Assembly: GCA_002269645.1 (NCBI GenBank)
Contig: NIVC01000403.1
Location: 1 to 64,000 of the forward strand
DNA from: Macrostomum lignano
Taxonomy: Eukaryota
Reading direction: 5' to 3'
DNA: 64,000 nt
The first letter of the stretch is position 1. Each line of letters begins with the position of its first letter. Under the pieces are notes generated by a model. That model saw nothing but the letters and a program-made list of their open reading frames with translations. It was not told the DNA's origin and ran no database searches. A program made the translations under genes and the position numbers. This document shows positions 1 through 11,525 of the stretch, one piece after another.

Positions 1-1200
1 TGAGTTCATGAGTGTAGTCATAAGTGAGTTCATGAGTGAGTTCGTAAGTGAGTTCATGAGTGAGTTCATGAGTGAGTTCATAAGTGAGTTCATAAGTGAG
101 TTCATAGTGAGTTCATGAGTGAGTTCATGGGCGTGAGTTCATGAGTGAGTTCATAAAGTGAGTTCATAAGTGAGTTCATAAGTGAGTTCATGAGTGAGTT
201 TATGAGAGAGTTCATAAGTGAGTTCATGAGTGAGTTCATAAGTGAGTTCATGAGTGAGTTTATGAGAGAGTTCATGAGTGAGTTCATGAGTGAGTTCATA
301 AGTGAGTTCATAAGTGAGTTCATGAGTAAGTTCATAAGTGAGTTCATAAGTGAGTTCATAAGTGAGTTCATGAGTGAGTTTATCAGCTTATGAGTTTGCT
401 AGAGAGTTCATAAGTAAATTCATTAGTGAGTTTCATGAGTGAGTTCATAGTGAGTTCATGAGTGAGTTCATAAGTGAGTTCATGAGTGAGTTTATGAGAG
501 AGTTCATAAGTGAGTTCATGAGTGAGTTCATGAGTGAGTTCATAAGTGAGTTCATGAGTGAGTTTATGAGAGAGTCCATGAGTGAGTTTCATGAGTGAGT
601 CATAAGTGAGTTCATAAGTGAGTTCATGAGTAAGTTCATAAGTGAGTTCATAAGGAGTTCATAAGTGAGTTCATGAGTGAGTTTATCAGCTTATGAGTTT
701 GCTAGAGAGTTCATAAGTAAATTCATAAGTGAGTTCATGAGTGAGTTCAAGTGAGTTCATGAGTGAGTTCATAAGTGAGTTCATGAGTGAGTTTATGAGA
801 GAGTTCATAAGTGAGTTCATGAGTGAGTTCATAAGTGAGTTCATGAGTGAGTTCATAAGTGAGTTCATGAGTGAGTTTATGAGAGAGTTCATGAGTGAGT
901 TCATGAGTGAGTTCATAAGTGAGTTCATAAGTGAGTTCATGAGTAAGTTCATGAGTGAGTTCATAAGTGAGTTTCATAAGTGAGTTCATGAGTGAGTTTA
1001 TCAGCTTATGAGTTTGCTAGAGAGTTCATAAGTAAATTCATTAGTGAATTATGAGTGAGTTCATGAGATGAGTTTATAAATGAGTGCATGAGTGAGTTCA
1101 TGAGTGAGTTTATAAATGAGTGCATGAGTGAGTTCATGAGTGAGTTTATAAGTGGGTTCATGGTAAGTCCATAAGTGAGTTTATGAGTAAATTTATGAAT
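1..1200. repeat. 12-bp minisatellite (AGTGAGTTCAT[G/A]) with ~310-bp higher-order blocks
   Basis: Direct reading. Marker TTTATCAGCTTATGAGTTTGCTAGAGAG recurs at ~380, ~682, ~997. Confidence 0.95.
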
Positions 1201-1232
1201 GACTTTCGCGAGTGACTTCATGAGTAACGCAC

Positions 1233-1568
1233 ATTGAGACTTGGGCGCGAATCCGCTGCGGTCCTGCGGGTGCACAATCCAGTAGTAGTGCTTCAGCGTG
1301 TGAATAGTCTGCAGTACGGCGCTGACCGTCGAACGGAATTGAATATGCCGACGCTGCAACGAAGTCGGTGGCCAAGAATTTGTACAGACGAATTTGCACC
1401 TGCACGGGCGCTTTGATCACAGTGTCGGATTGAACAATACGTGATCGAACAGCTGTTTGACGAGGCCGACCGATGTTTTATTCTGGGCCAGCTGCTTGGT
1501 CATCTTGACGAAATTCGTCCAGCACTTTGTCGGTCAGGCTCTCCTGCGGGATGTCCGGTTCGGGATGC
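1233..1568 (-). CDS. NBEA: Neurobeachin/LRBA exon 10 (contains several frameshifting indels; 5' boundary uncertain)
   Basis: Pieces in different frames: [14 protein letters not shown]...[64 protein letters not shown], resembling 'LLNPAIWIHTP...VLQLMHTLKYYYW'. Probable donor GTGCGT at 1232. The gene continues beyond the window start. Confidence 0.8.
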
Positions 1569-1597
1569 AATGAAGAGATAAACATACTGGCTAGCTA

Positions 1598-2550
1598 CCT
1601 GACTGTCTGACTGACTGACTGACTGACTGACTGACTGACTGACTGACTGACTGCCTGACTGACTGACTGACTGACTGCCACTGCATGACTGACTGACTGA
1701 CTGACTGACTGACTGACTGACTGACTGACTGACTGACTGACTGACTGACTGACTGCCTCTGCCTGACTGACTGTCTGACTGACTGACTGACTGACTGACT
1801 GCCACTGCATGACTGACTGACTGACTGACTGACTGACTGACTGACTGACTGACTGACTGACTGACTGACTGACTGACTGACTGCCTCTGCCTGACTGACT
1901 GTCTGACTGTCTGACTGACTGACTGACTGACTGACTGCCACTGCATGACTGACTGACTGACTGACTGACTGACTGACTGACTGACTGACTGACTGACTGC
2001 CACTGCATGACTGACTGACTGACTGACTGACTGACTGACTGACTGACTGACTGACTGACTGACTGACTGACTGACTGACTGACTGACTGACTGACTGACT
2101 GACTGACTGACTGACTGCCTGACTGCCTGACTGACTGACTGACTGCCTGACTGACTGACTGACTGACTGACTGCCACTGCATGACTGACTGACTGACTGG
2201 CTGACTGACTGACTGACTGACTGACTGACTGACTGACTGCCTGACTGCCTGACTGACTGACTAACTGACTGCCTGACTGACTGACTGACTGACTGACTGA
2301 CTGGCTGACTGACTGACTGACTGACTGACTGGCTGACTGACTGACTGACTGACTGCCACTGCATGACTGACTGACTGACTGACTGACTGACTGACTGACT
2401 GACTGACTGACTGACTGACTGACTGCCTGACTGCCTGACTGACTGACTGACTAACTGACTGCCTGACTGACTGACTGACTGACTGACTGACTGGCTGACT
2501 GACTGACTGACTGGCTGACTGACTGACTGACTGACTGACTGACTGACTAG
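1598..2550. repeat. (GACT)n microsatellite with recurring GCCACTGCAT interruptions
   Basis: Direct reading. Confidence 0.97.
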
Positions 2551-2647
2551 CTACTTGCCTGCCTAGCTAAATATGACAACAGCATGTATATAAGCTGTAG
2601 CGCGTCACTTAAAAGGCAACATAAGTAACACACGCAAATCCTTATAC

Positions 2648-2756
2648 CTTGGTCAAATACTGGCTAATAACCAGAAATCCTTTGTTCTGCATAAATTGCT
2701 GCTGTATTGACTGAGACGATTGCAGCAGGTCGCCTAGCAGAGCCAGCAGTGCGGCG
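2648..2756 (-). CDS. NBEA: Neurobeachin/LRBA exon 9
   Basis: TTCCAG|(C)AALLALLGDLLQSSQSIQQQFMQNKGFLVISQYLTK|GTATAA, resembling 'CSTLLAFI...MQEQMLACKGFLVIGYSLEK'. 109 nt. Confidence 0.92.
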
Positions 2757-3389
2757 CTGGAAATTGGAGAGAGAAAAAATTATAGGCTCAATCCTTCATC
2801 AACTAATCACAAAAAACGAAGAAAATGAAGAAGAATAAGAAGCGCAAAGACTATTAGAATTGTAAATTAAGTTTCTGACTGAGCAACGAGTAAATCGAGG
2901 GCCGCCATCTGATTGAACAGCAGGAGCAATTGTCCCTGCCTAATTCCTTAAGAGGGAAAATTGACGAAAGAGCCTAACCACGCTTAAACGCTGGGAGTAT
3001 TCGATATTAGTTGCGGTTCGTTTAAAAGTGCGATACACTAGAATCTAGTTGAATAGTTTAGTAGCAAAGAGAGAGGCAGAGCAGGAGTATATTAGCAATT
3101 TCAACTTTGATAGTGCAGCCTTGAGCCGGGCATTAAAATAGTAAACCGATTCCCCCAATGTCGTATTACCGCGAGCCTCAGCCTCTGCTGCCTCATTTAC
3201 AGCATTCTAATAACAGATTGAAATACCGACTTCCATCCATCCAGCCAGCATACGAGTCGTACACTCAGCAACGTTTTAAAATGACGCATGTCACTCCACG
3301 CCTCAACTGTGGAATGATGCAATTTGCGTCACAAGGCCCCAAAAAGCTAGTCAGAACCTAGTCTAGATGTAAACTGACTGATTGTTAAC

Positions 3390-3985
3390 TGCTCATCGGG
3401 GGAGGGTAATTGCTGAGATGTCAAGGCTCATTGGGGGAGGGTAATTGCTGAGATGTCAAGGCTCATTGGGGGAGGGTGATTGCTGAGATTTGCAAGGCTC
3501 ATTGGGGGAGGGTGATTGCTGAGATGTGCAAGGCTCATTGGGGGAGGGTGATTGCTGAGATGTGCAAGGCTCATTGGGGGAGGGTAATTGCTGAGATGTC
3601 AAGGCTCATTGGGGGAGGGTGATTGCTGAGATGTGCAAGGCTCATTGGGGGAGGGTAATTGCTGAGATGTCAAGGCTCATTGGGGGGGGGGTAATTGCTG
3701 AGATGTCAAGGCTCATTGGGGGAGGGTAATTGCTGAGATGTCAAGGCTCATTGGGGGAGGGTGATTGCTGAGATGTGCAAGGCTCATTAGGGGAGGGTAA
3801 TTGCTGAGATGTCAAGGCTCATTGGGGAGGGTAATTGCTGAGATGCGCAAGGCTCATTGGGGAGGGTAATTGCTGAGATGTGCAAGGCTCATTGGGGAGG
3901 GTAATTGCTGAGATGTCAAGGCTCATTGGGGGAGGGTGATTGCTGAGATGTCAAGGCTGATTGGGGTGACTGAGATGTCAAGGGT
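3390..3985. repeat. ~35-bp minisatellite, core ATTGCTGAGATGTCAAGGCT
   Basis: Direct reading. Related arrays at 10205 and 26325. Confidence 0.95.
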
Positions 3986-4242
3986 CAATTGGAAGTTTTT
4001 AATAGGCCAAGCATTAAAGGGAGAGTAAGAGTTCGGGTTAAGCCATGGCTTAAAGGGAGGCTTTGATGCCAAATCTAAAAGGTGCTGATGTCTTAGGCTA
4101 GATAGCTGGCTTTCAGGGCTGATGCTTATTTGCTCTAAACATCGTTTTTTTATAAGGACATAGATATAGTGACTGTACAATATCAAAAGCTGCATGCATA
4201 GTGTATTTAAAAGACATTTAAAACCCAACCCAGAGACATAGT

Positions 4243-4640
4243 ACGCAGGAGGGGAGGTCATGCTGACCCCCTACCTAAGGAACACGGTAGGAGGGGAGGT
4301 CATGCTGACCCCCTACCTCAGGGACACGGTAGGAGGGGAGGTCATGCTGACCCCCTACCTAAGGAACACGGTAGGAGGGGAGGTCATGCTGACCCCCTAC
4401 CTCAGGACACGGTAGAAGGGGAGGTCATGCTGACCCCCTACCCCAGGGACACGGTAGGAGGGGAGGTCATGCTGACCCCCTACCCCAGGGACACGGTAGA
4501 AGGGGAGGTCATTCTGACCCCCTACCCCAGGGACACGGTAGAAGGGGAGGTCATTCTGACCCCCTACCCCAGGGACACGGTAGGAGGGGAGGTCATGCTG
4601 ACCCCATACCCAGGGACACGGTAGAAGGAGAGGTCAGTCA
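4243..4640. repeat. ~42-bp minisatellite containing GGTCAnnnTGACC
   Basis: Unit GGAGGGGAGGTCATGCTGACCCCCTACCCCAGGGACACGGTA, ~9 copies. Confidence 0.95.
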
Positions 4641-4699
4641 GACCGTCACGGACACCACAAAATGACCCTGTCGATCCCGCACTACAACCAGACTCTCAC

Positions 4700-5082
4700 C
4701 AGATGTCGGAGCCAGTAACCTCCTGACCGCCACCGTTGGCCTCGCTGCCAGCGTCGCCAAGTTGGCCAAACAGCGGCAGAAAGATCTGCACGCCACCCAG
4801 ACTGTGCAGAGTGCTAAATATAGAATGAGTGCAAACGGACCTGGCCTCGCCAGTCATCAGGGCGTGGCCGCTGTGCACAAACACCGAAGGTTGAAGAGGC
4901 TGGCCGCAGACTTTGGGACTCTGCTCCAGGCACAGCTGACCGTCGCAGGCCACCGGATTATAGGTGAACATGATGGACGAGTGCAGCCGACTGTCCGGCC
5001 GGTAGAGTGCGGTCTTTTGGGCGCCGGACAGGCTGCTCTGGCTGTGCGGACCGGCCTGCTCGGACTCGAACTTGAACTGGCC
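4700..5082 (-). CDS. NBEA: Neurobeachin/LRBA exon 8
   Basis: TTGCAG|GQFKFESE...IMFTYNPVACDGQLCLEQSPK...VFVHSGHALM...THSIFSTLHSLGGVQIFLPLFGQL...DI(TG)|GTGAGA. 383 nt, phase 2. Confidence 0.95.
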
Positions 5083-5113
5083 CTGCAAGAATAGCAAATT
5101 CATGCATATAGTC

Positions 5114-5640
5114 TAGCTCAAAGCCTAGTGGTTCGAGCGTCGAACTAGTGACTGAAAGGTCGGGGGTTCGAATCTCGACCAAATCGGAAAAAATGTTGTG
5201 TCCTTGAGCAAGACACTCAACTCCACAGATTATATTACCTAGATGGGCCACTCCAGCGACCTTGGCGGCAGCGCGAAAACCCCGAAGTTTTGACCATAGA
5301 CTGTAGCTTCTGCTGCTCTCAAGGCATTAGCAGCAGCAGCTGGTGTCTGTGGCCCAAACCCCAGGGTTTCGGGGCCTCGGGACGGCCGCTAAATACATTA
5401 GCGAATGCTGGAGTGACACATCTGGGTAATAAAGAATCTGTGACTCAATTCTGCATTGCTTCAGTTCACCCAGCTGTAAAATGGGTGCCAGCATTAGCTG
5501 AGATAATTGAGGGTGTGTGTGGCGACCCCCCAGCACTTGGACTGAACAGCCTTCAGGCCTTCAGGTGCACCGTGCAATGTATGCATGTTGACGGCTTTTC
5601 TCGGCAGCAATCGCACTAAGCTGAAGCGCCCTTTTGCCTA
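5114..5640 (+). mobile_element. tRNA-derived CORE-type SINE, interrupted by a MITE
   Basis: tRNA-like head with B box GGGTTCGAATCTC. After removing the MITE it reads GTTGTGTCCTTGAGCAAGACACTCAACTC-TGCATTGCTTCAGTTCACCCAGCTGTAAAATGGG, resembling the MIR/CORE domain. Confidence 0.8.
5224..5442. mobile_element. 219-bp MITE with ~35-bp TIRs and 9-bp TSD (Mutator-like by TSD length)
   Basis: TIR CACAGATT..TATTACC(T/C)AGATG.G.CACTCCAGC at both ends. Flanks ACTCAACTC (5215-5223) and ACTCAATTC (5443-5451). Confidence 0.85.
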
Positions 5641-5975
5641 TGGTTGGGATAGCGCAATCTGTATTCAGTATTGTTCCCTTTTGTCTATGGTTGGGATAGC
5701 GCAATCTGTATTCAGTATTGTTCCCTTTTGTCTATGGTTGGGATAGCGCAATCTGTATTCAGTATTGTTCCCTTTTGTCTATGGTTGGGATAGCGCAATC
5801 TGTATTCAGTATTGTTCCCTTTTGTCTATGGTTGGATAGCGCAATCTGTATTCAGTATTGTTCCCTTTTGTCTATGGTTGGGATAGCGCAATCTGTATTC
5901 AGTATTGTTCCCTTTTGTCTATGGTTGGGATAGCGCAATCTGTATTCAGTATTGTTCCCTTTTGTCTATGGTTGG
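5631..5975. repeat. 47-bp minisatellite at SINE 3' end
   Basis: ATGGTTGGGATAGCGCAATCTGTATTCAGTATTGTTCCCTTTTGTCT, ~7 copies. Confidence 0.95.
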
Positions 5976-6127
5976 GTAGAGCAGGTGTAATAAAAACCTC
6001 TAGCTTATACAATAGTTACAAGCCGAACTGTCTATGGCCAAGAACGCGCGTACAATTTTTAATCCAGAAAAATTAAAAAGCTACTCGTAGACTAATTATC
6101 GAGTAAGTAAACAATGATTTGTCAAAC

Positions 6128-6274
6128 CTTGTACGCCGGACCCAGGGCAAACACTCCGGCAATCTGTTGCGGACTGAGCGCCTCGGCGAATCCGTAGATG
6201 GAGCTGATCTGGCCGGAGAACATGCAGTCGGCTTCTGATCTGGACGCTGAGCCGATGAAGCACCGGTCGAATGG
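6128..6274 (-). CDS. NBEA: Neurobeachin/LRBA exon 7
   Basis: TTGTAG|PFDRCFIGSASRSEADCMFSGQISSIYGFAEALSPQQIAGVFALGPAYK|GTTTGA, resembling 'FDKCFLGSS...FCGQ...LGPGYK'. 147 nt. Confidence 0.94.
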
Positions 6275-6434
6275 CTACAAGAGGAATTTGATTTTTTAAG
6301 CTACTCAGCACTACATCTGGAAGGCTTGCTGTGGCCCACCAACTCAGGATCTGCGAATCTGAGAACCCGAATTGAAGAAAATTCAATTAAACTTAAATGT
6401 TGGTTGCAGCAGAAGCAGACAGAATACTATTCAA

Positions 6435-6790
<356 letters not shown>

Positions 6791-7379
6791 ACGGATTGCT
6801 CTATTAGTTGCAAAATATTGGCGACGCCCACGCATCCCCTGCCCTCCCCAGAGCCATCAGATGCGCGGCCCGAGCATGCCAGGGCCTGGCAGAGAGCACA
6901 ACACTGGTAGTCGAGAGGCCGAGGCGAGGCAGCGCACAGGCGCAGCTCTGGCAGAGATTTATTCGCCAGATAGTTAATCCCATTTCTCCAGTCCCTTTTC
7001 CCCTTCCCTCTCCCTCTCTCTATTGAGGATTGGACCATCCTATTCGGAATTCTCGCACCCAGCCCGCTAGTCCCAGTTGGAAATCTCATTAGAGCCATTC
7101 TTCTCGGTCTCCCTTAGACTGTTATACCCAGCCTCGTCGGGCATAATGCTGCTCATTGCTCACTGGTAGACCGAGTGTGTGCACGCAAGACTAGCCATGG
7201 AGATCTAATTTAGACTTGCTTATATAGAATCTGGAGTGGAAAATGAATTAAGCCTACTTAGTTTATCGGGAGCTTCCGGCCGGCTATTGCATACTAACCG
7301 CTACCAACTGAGCTTAACTTAAAGGGAGTATTTGCGGAGAAACTGCGCCAAACCATTGCTAAGCTAGGTTTTTAAAGTT

Positions 7380-7558
7380 GGCAGAGTGTATGAAAAGATT
7401 GCAGTTAATTGTTCGTTTTCCAACTCAAACATTGCATTCTCATCTTCAGACGGTGCGCCACAAGCCCCAAATGAATGCAGCCGCTCACGGGGAATCGAAC
7501 CCAGGTTCCTTAGCGTCGAGAGAGTCAGGCGTTGCAACTACTCAGCTACTCTGCCCCC
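7380..7558 (-). mobile_element. tRNA-derived SINE (head 7484-7558; 3' extent uncertain)
   Basis: Reverse complement GGGGCAGAGTAGCTGAGTAGTTGCAACGCCTGACTC...CCTGGGTTCGATTCCCC has A and B boxes but no clean cloverleaf or CCA end. Confidence 0.65.
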
Positions 7559-8127
7559 TAAGAGAATGTCAGAGAAATTCTCACTTGCTGTAATACGTAC
7601 AGATAGTTGGTTTCCAAATCCAGGATCTAGAACTCCTTGTGACGAACCAACCAACTCGACGAGAGAGAAGCGGCCGGGGGACCCCGAGTGACCCGATTAG
7701 CCTCTGGCTTGCAGCTTTGCATCGCCTTGCCCCAACCAACTAACTGACCGTTGCGAGTGGGCCATTGGAGTTCAAGACTAGGGGGTGGGGAAGAATATCC
7801 CAAAGTAGCCAGCAGATCTTCTGGTCAAGGAATAGAGGGAGGAAGGGAGGGAGGGGACGAAATACTGGATGGACAGAGGAAAGAGGAACTGGGTCTGTCT
7901 GAAGAAGCTCCGAGTGAGCACAGCTCACTGAGTCAGCCTCGGCCATACCAGACTGGGACTGATAGCTTATCGACTGCAATGCAGCTGTGCGTACGAACTA
8001 TGAACAGCAGCACGGGGCCGAGAAAAAAGTTTACGGCGAGACGACATTAGCGCCAGCGACATTGATTAAGTTTTGTCATGCTCTCACACACGCTTTCAGT
8101 CATTTCGCGCCAAATCGAAAATCCTAG

Positions 8128-9450
8128 GTTCGGCGCCAAATCTATAACCCCAAGTTTGGCGCCAAATCTATAACCCCAAGTTTGGCGCCAAATCTATAAC
8201 CCCAAGTTTGGCGCCAAATCTATAACCCCAAGTTTGGCGCCAAATCTATAACCCCATGCTTGGCGCCAAATCTATAACCCCAAGTTTGGCGCCAAATCTA
8301 TAATCCCATGCTTGGCGCCAAATCTATAACCCCAAGTTTGGCGCCAAATCTATAACCCCAAGTTTGGCGTCAAATATATAACCCCAAGTTTGACGCCAAA
8401 TCTATAACCCCCTGCTTGGCGCCAAATATACAACCCCAAGTTTGGCGCCAAATCTATAACCCCATGCTCGACGCCAAATCTATAATCCCATGCTCGGCGC
8501 CAAATATATAACCCCAAGTTTGACGCCAAATCTATAACCCCCTGCTTGGCGCCAAATATACAACCCCAAGTTTGGCGCCAAATCTATAACCCCATGCTCG
8601 ACGCCAAATCTATAACCCCATGCTCGACGCCAAATCTATAACCCCATGCTCGACGCCAAATCTATAACCCCATGCTCGACGCCAAATCTATAACCCCATG
8701 CTCGGCGCCAAATATATAACCCCAAGTTTGACGCCAAATCTATAACCCCCTGCTTGGCGCCAAATATACAACCCCAAGTTTGGCGCCAAATCTATAACCC
8801 CATGCTCGACGCCAAATCTATAACCCCATGCTCGACGCCAAATCTATAACCCCATGCTCGGCGCCAAATATATAACCCCAAGTTTGACGCCAAATCTATA
8901 ACCCCTGCTTGGCGCCAAATATACAACCCCAAGTTTGGCGCCAAATCTATAACCCCGTGCTCGACGCCAAATCTATAACCCCATGCTCGGCGCCAAATAT
9001 ATAACCCCAAGTTTGACGCCAAATCTATAACCCCCTGCTTGGCGCCAAATATACAACCCCAAGTTTGGCGCCAAATCTATAACTCCATGCTCGGAGCCAA
9101 ATCTATAATCATAAATTTGACGCAATCGATAACCCCAAATCTGTAATCTCAAGTCTGGTGCAAAATCTACAACCTCATGCTTGGCGCCAAATATATAACT
9201 CCAAGTCTGGCGCGAAATCTATAACCCCAAGTTTGGCGCCAAATCTAAAACCCCAAGTCTGGCGCCAAATCTATTACTCCAAGTCTGGCGCCAAATCTAT
9301 AATCATAAATTTGACGCCAAATCGATAACCCCAAAATTTGGCGCCAAATTTGTAACCCCAAGTCTGGAGCAATATCTATAACCTTAAGCTTGGCGCCAAA
9401 TAGATAAATCCTGGTTTAGCACCGAATCGGTAATTCCCTAGTTTGGCGCC
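8128..9450. repeat. 26-bp minisatellite (TTTGGCGCCAAATCTATAACCCCAAG)
   Basis: Roughly 50 units with variant blocks, degenerate toward 9450. Confidence 0.95.
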
Positions 9451-9467
9451 AAATAGACAAAACTCAC

Positions 9468-9714
9468 CTCGTTAGTATTAACAACCCAGGACAATTCGGT
9501 TTGAGTAACCAGTGTGCCATTAACGTAGGTTCGAATCTCCGACTTGCTCCACCGATTGTACACGAACACAACGGTGAGCATGTGCCACTTTCTAGGCACA
9601 AAATCGTATCGAATGGAATGCTGGAAACCTTTGCCTTTCACTTTCATCACCGTTATAATCAAAGCGTTGCCAATGAAATGCCCGGAATAGCCCATGCCTT
9701 TGTCGGTGCGGAAG
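9468..9714 (-). CDS. NBEA: Neurobeachin/LRBA exon 6
   Basis: TTTCAG|(C)FRTDKGMGYSGHFIGNALI...GKGFQHSIRYDFVPRKWHML...VNTNE|GTGAGT. 247 nt, completes the Cys codon from exon 5. Confidence 0.96.
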
Positions 9715-9998
9715 CTGAAAGAGTAGGAATTTTGGAATTATTATTGATATTATGCAAATGGGATTAACAGTAGGAGACTGAAGCTAATTCATCCGACAAT
9801 ATCAATCAAGCAGTCAGGCCCAGTCAGCTGACTCCTGAGCACACACAAGCGCGCCAATGCTGTAAGCAGGCACTCATGCACACGCTCACACAGCGTGTAC
9901 ATCGGCCCTGACTGTCTAATCGTCACACACGAAATCGAAGCACGGGTCGCGGCGCGAGAGTCGGACTCGTTCACCGCTGAGCTTAAGCAGTTACTAAC

Positions 9999-10120
9999 CA
10001 AAACAAATGCGGCTTGTCCCGCTCCACAGAGCTGTCAGACGGTGGATCCGTGTAGAACCAGCAGTGAAAAGTCCAGCCATTTTGATAAGGCCACTTGGAT
10101 ATGGGCGGGATGCTGATGGC
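9999..10120 (-). CDS. NBEA: Neurobeachin/LRBA exon 5 (start of ConA/LamG-like region)
   Basis: CTGCAG|AISIPPISKWPYQNGWTFHCWFYTDP...DKPHLF(TG)|GTTAGT, resembling 'AIALPPIAKWPYQNGF'. 122 nt, phase 2. Confidence 0.95.
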
Positions 10121-10204
10121 CTGCAGTGCGGAGGAACTGAAGCTTAGTCTGATGAAGCCAAACGCGCTCAAAATTCACGCGAGTGACACTATAGTTGTAG
10201 AGAT

Positions 10205-10572
10205 TACGGGGGCATTGCTGAGATGTCAAGGCTTACGGGGGAATTGCTGAGATGTCAAGGCTTACGGGGGAATTGCTGAGATGTCAAGGCTTACTCGGGG
10301 GGGAATTGCTGAGATGTCAAGGCTTACGGGGGAATTGCTGAGATGTCAAGGCTTACGGGGGAATTGCTGAGATGGCAAGGCTTACTGGGGGGAATTGCTG
10401 AGATGTCAAGGCTTACTGGGGGAATTGCTGAGATATCAAGGCTTACGGGAGAATTGCTGAGATGTCAAGGCTTACTGGGGGGGGGGGGATTGCTGAGATG
10501 TCAAGGCTTACTGGGGAGAATTGCTGAGATGTCAAGGCTTACTGGGGAGAATTGCTGAGATGTCAAGGCTTA
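10205..10572. repeat. ~29-bp minisatellite, core ATTGCTGAGATGTCAAGGCTTAC
   Basis: Direct reading. Confidence 0.95.
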
Positions 10573-10826
10573 GGTCAGAAGCTACGTGTAGTTTATTCAA
10601 AAAAATTATTGCATTCTTTGTTTGCGCCGAAACGGGGGGCGCTGGTTGCTAGTAAAATGCTAAAAATTGATACCCAACTGACACTAGAAGTGAAGCTAAA
10701 ACTGACACTAAGCAGACACTAAACTGGCACTAACAGATACAGTTACTCACAATTAGTAGATAAATTTAGTATACAGGAAATCCTATCTCTCCAGAGTCCA
10801 AAAGAAACAAAAACAAGCCCACTTAC

Positions 10827-10922
10827 GGATCCCTTCTTGCCGGGGAAGCTGAAAAACTCGTCCGGCCCAGTTCGAGCTGTCAATTGCCGCAGGATGCCCA
10901 GCAGCTTGACATAGTGAGAATT
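10827..10922 (-). CDS. NBEA: Neurobeachin/LRBA exon 4
   Basis: CCGCAG|[32 protein letters not shown]|GTAAGT, resembling 'HAVKLLSVL...GPDTFFNFPG'. 96 nt. Too short for the ORF track. Confidence 0.92.
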
Positions 10923-11294
10923 CTGCGGAATGTGTTGAATAAACTACCGATATGTAATGTAAGCAACTTTATACTGGTTTTTTGTTTCAAAAGAAAAAAG
11001 CGAGTGAAACTACAAGGTTAAATGGTTTTTCTAAGCCTTTTTATCACGAGTAGGTACACTGACGCATTGATTAAGGATTGAATAGACTACCGATATGTAG
11101 TGTAGATAACTTTAATACGGGTTTCCCTAATGCATCAGAGTACAGAGGCGAAAAACAAAAAAGTCCAATTGGTTACCCGCGCCTTTAAGTCACAACTGGT
11201 CACTAGTAGAGTCAATAGTCATAACTCAGTCAACTACCGATATGTACCGTAAATAACTTAACAAAGAATAGCGTAGATTTCTCCAAAATCTTAC

Positions 11295-11525
11295 CAAAAC
11301 ACCATTCTTAGCTTTGAGCAGACCGAACAGCAATTTGAACTCTTTAACCGACACTGAGAAGCTGACTAAGCATTCGATAATGTCAATTAGGAAGTCGGCC
11401 AGAGGACCGGAGCCGGCGCTGGGCAGTCGGGCAACCGCCTGTTGAATTAAGCCGGCCTCGCAGCAGACCATCAGGCTGCGCTTGTTCTTGCGCAGGATGG
11501 CGGCCAGGGTGCCCCAGACCTCCGA
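11295..11525 (-). CDS. NBEA: Neurobeachin/LRBA exon 3
   Basis: CTGCAG|SEVWGTLAAILRKNKRSLMVCCEAGLI...VKEFKLLFGLLKAKNGVL|GTAAG, resembling 'AEVWSMFTAILKKSIRNLQ'. 231 nt. Confidence 0.92.

Noticed and set aside
7484-7558. Functional tRNA gene
   Set aside because: A and B boxes are present, but I could not fold a canonical cloverleaf or see a T-run terminator. It is better explained as a SINE head.
7380-7960. CTGAAGA motifs as hammerhead ribozyme cores (minus ~7450, plus ~7900), also CTGATGA at ~10150
   Set aside because: No stem II followed by GAAA and no stems I/III could be built.
7963-7976. TAGCTTATCGACTG, resembling miR-21
   Set aside because: One deletion relative to miR-21, no flanking pre-miRNA hairpin, and miR-21 is a vertebrate family. 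Likely chance.
10183-10194. GTGACACTATAG (SP6 promoter core), possible vector contamination
   Set aside because: It lacks the upstream ATTTAG and any vector context, and lies in a normal intron.
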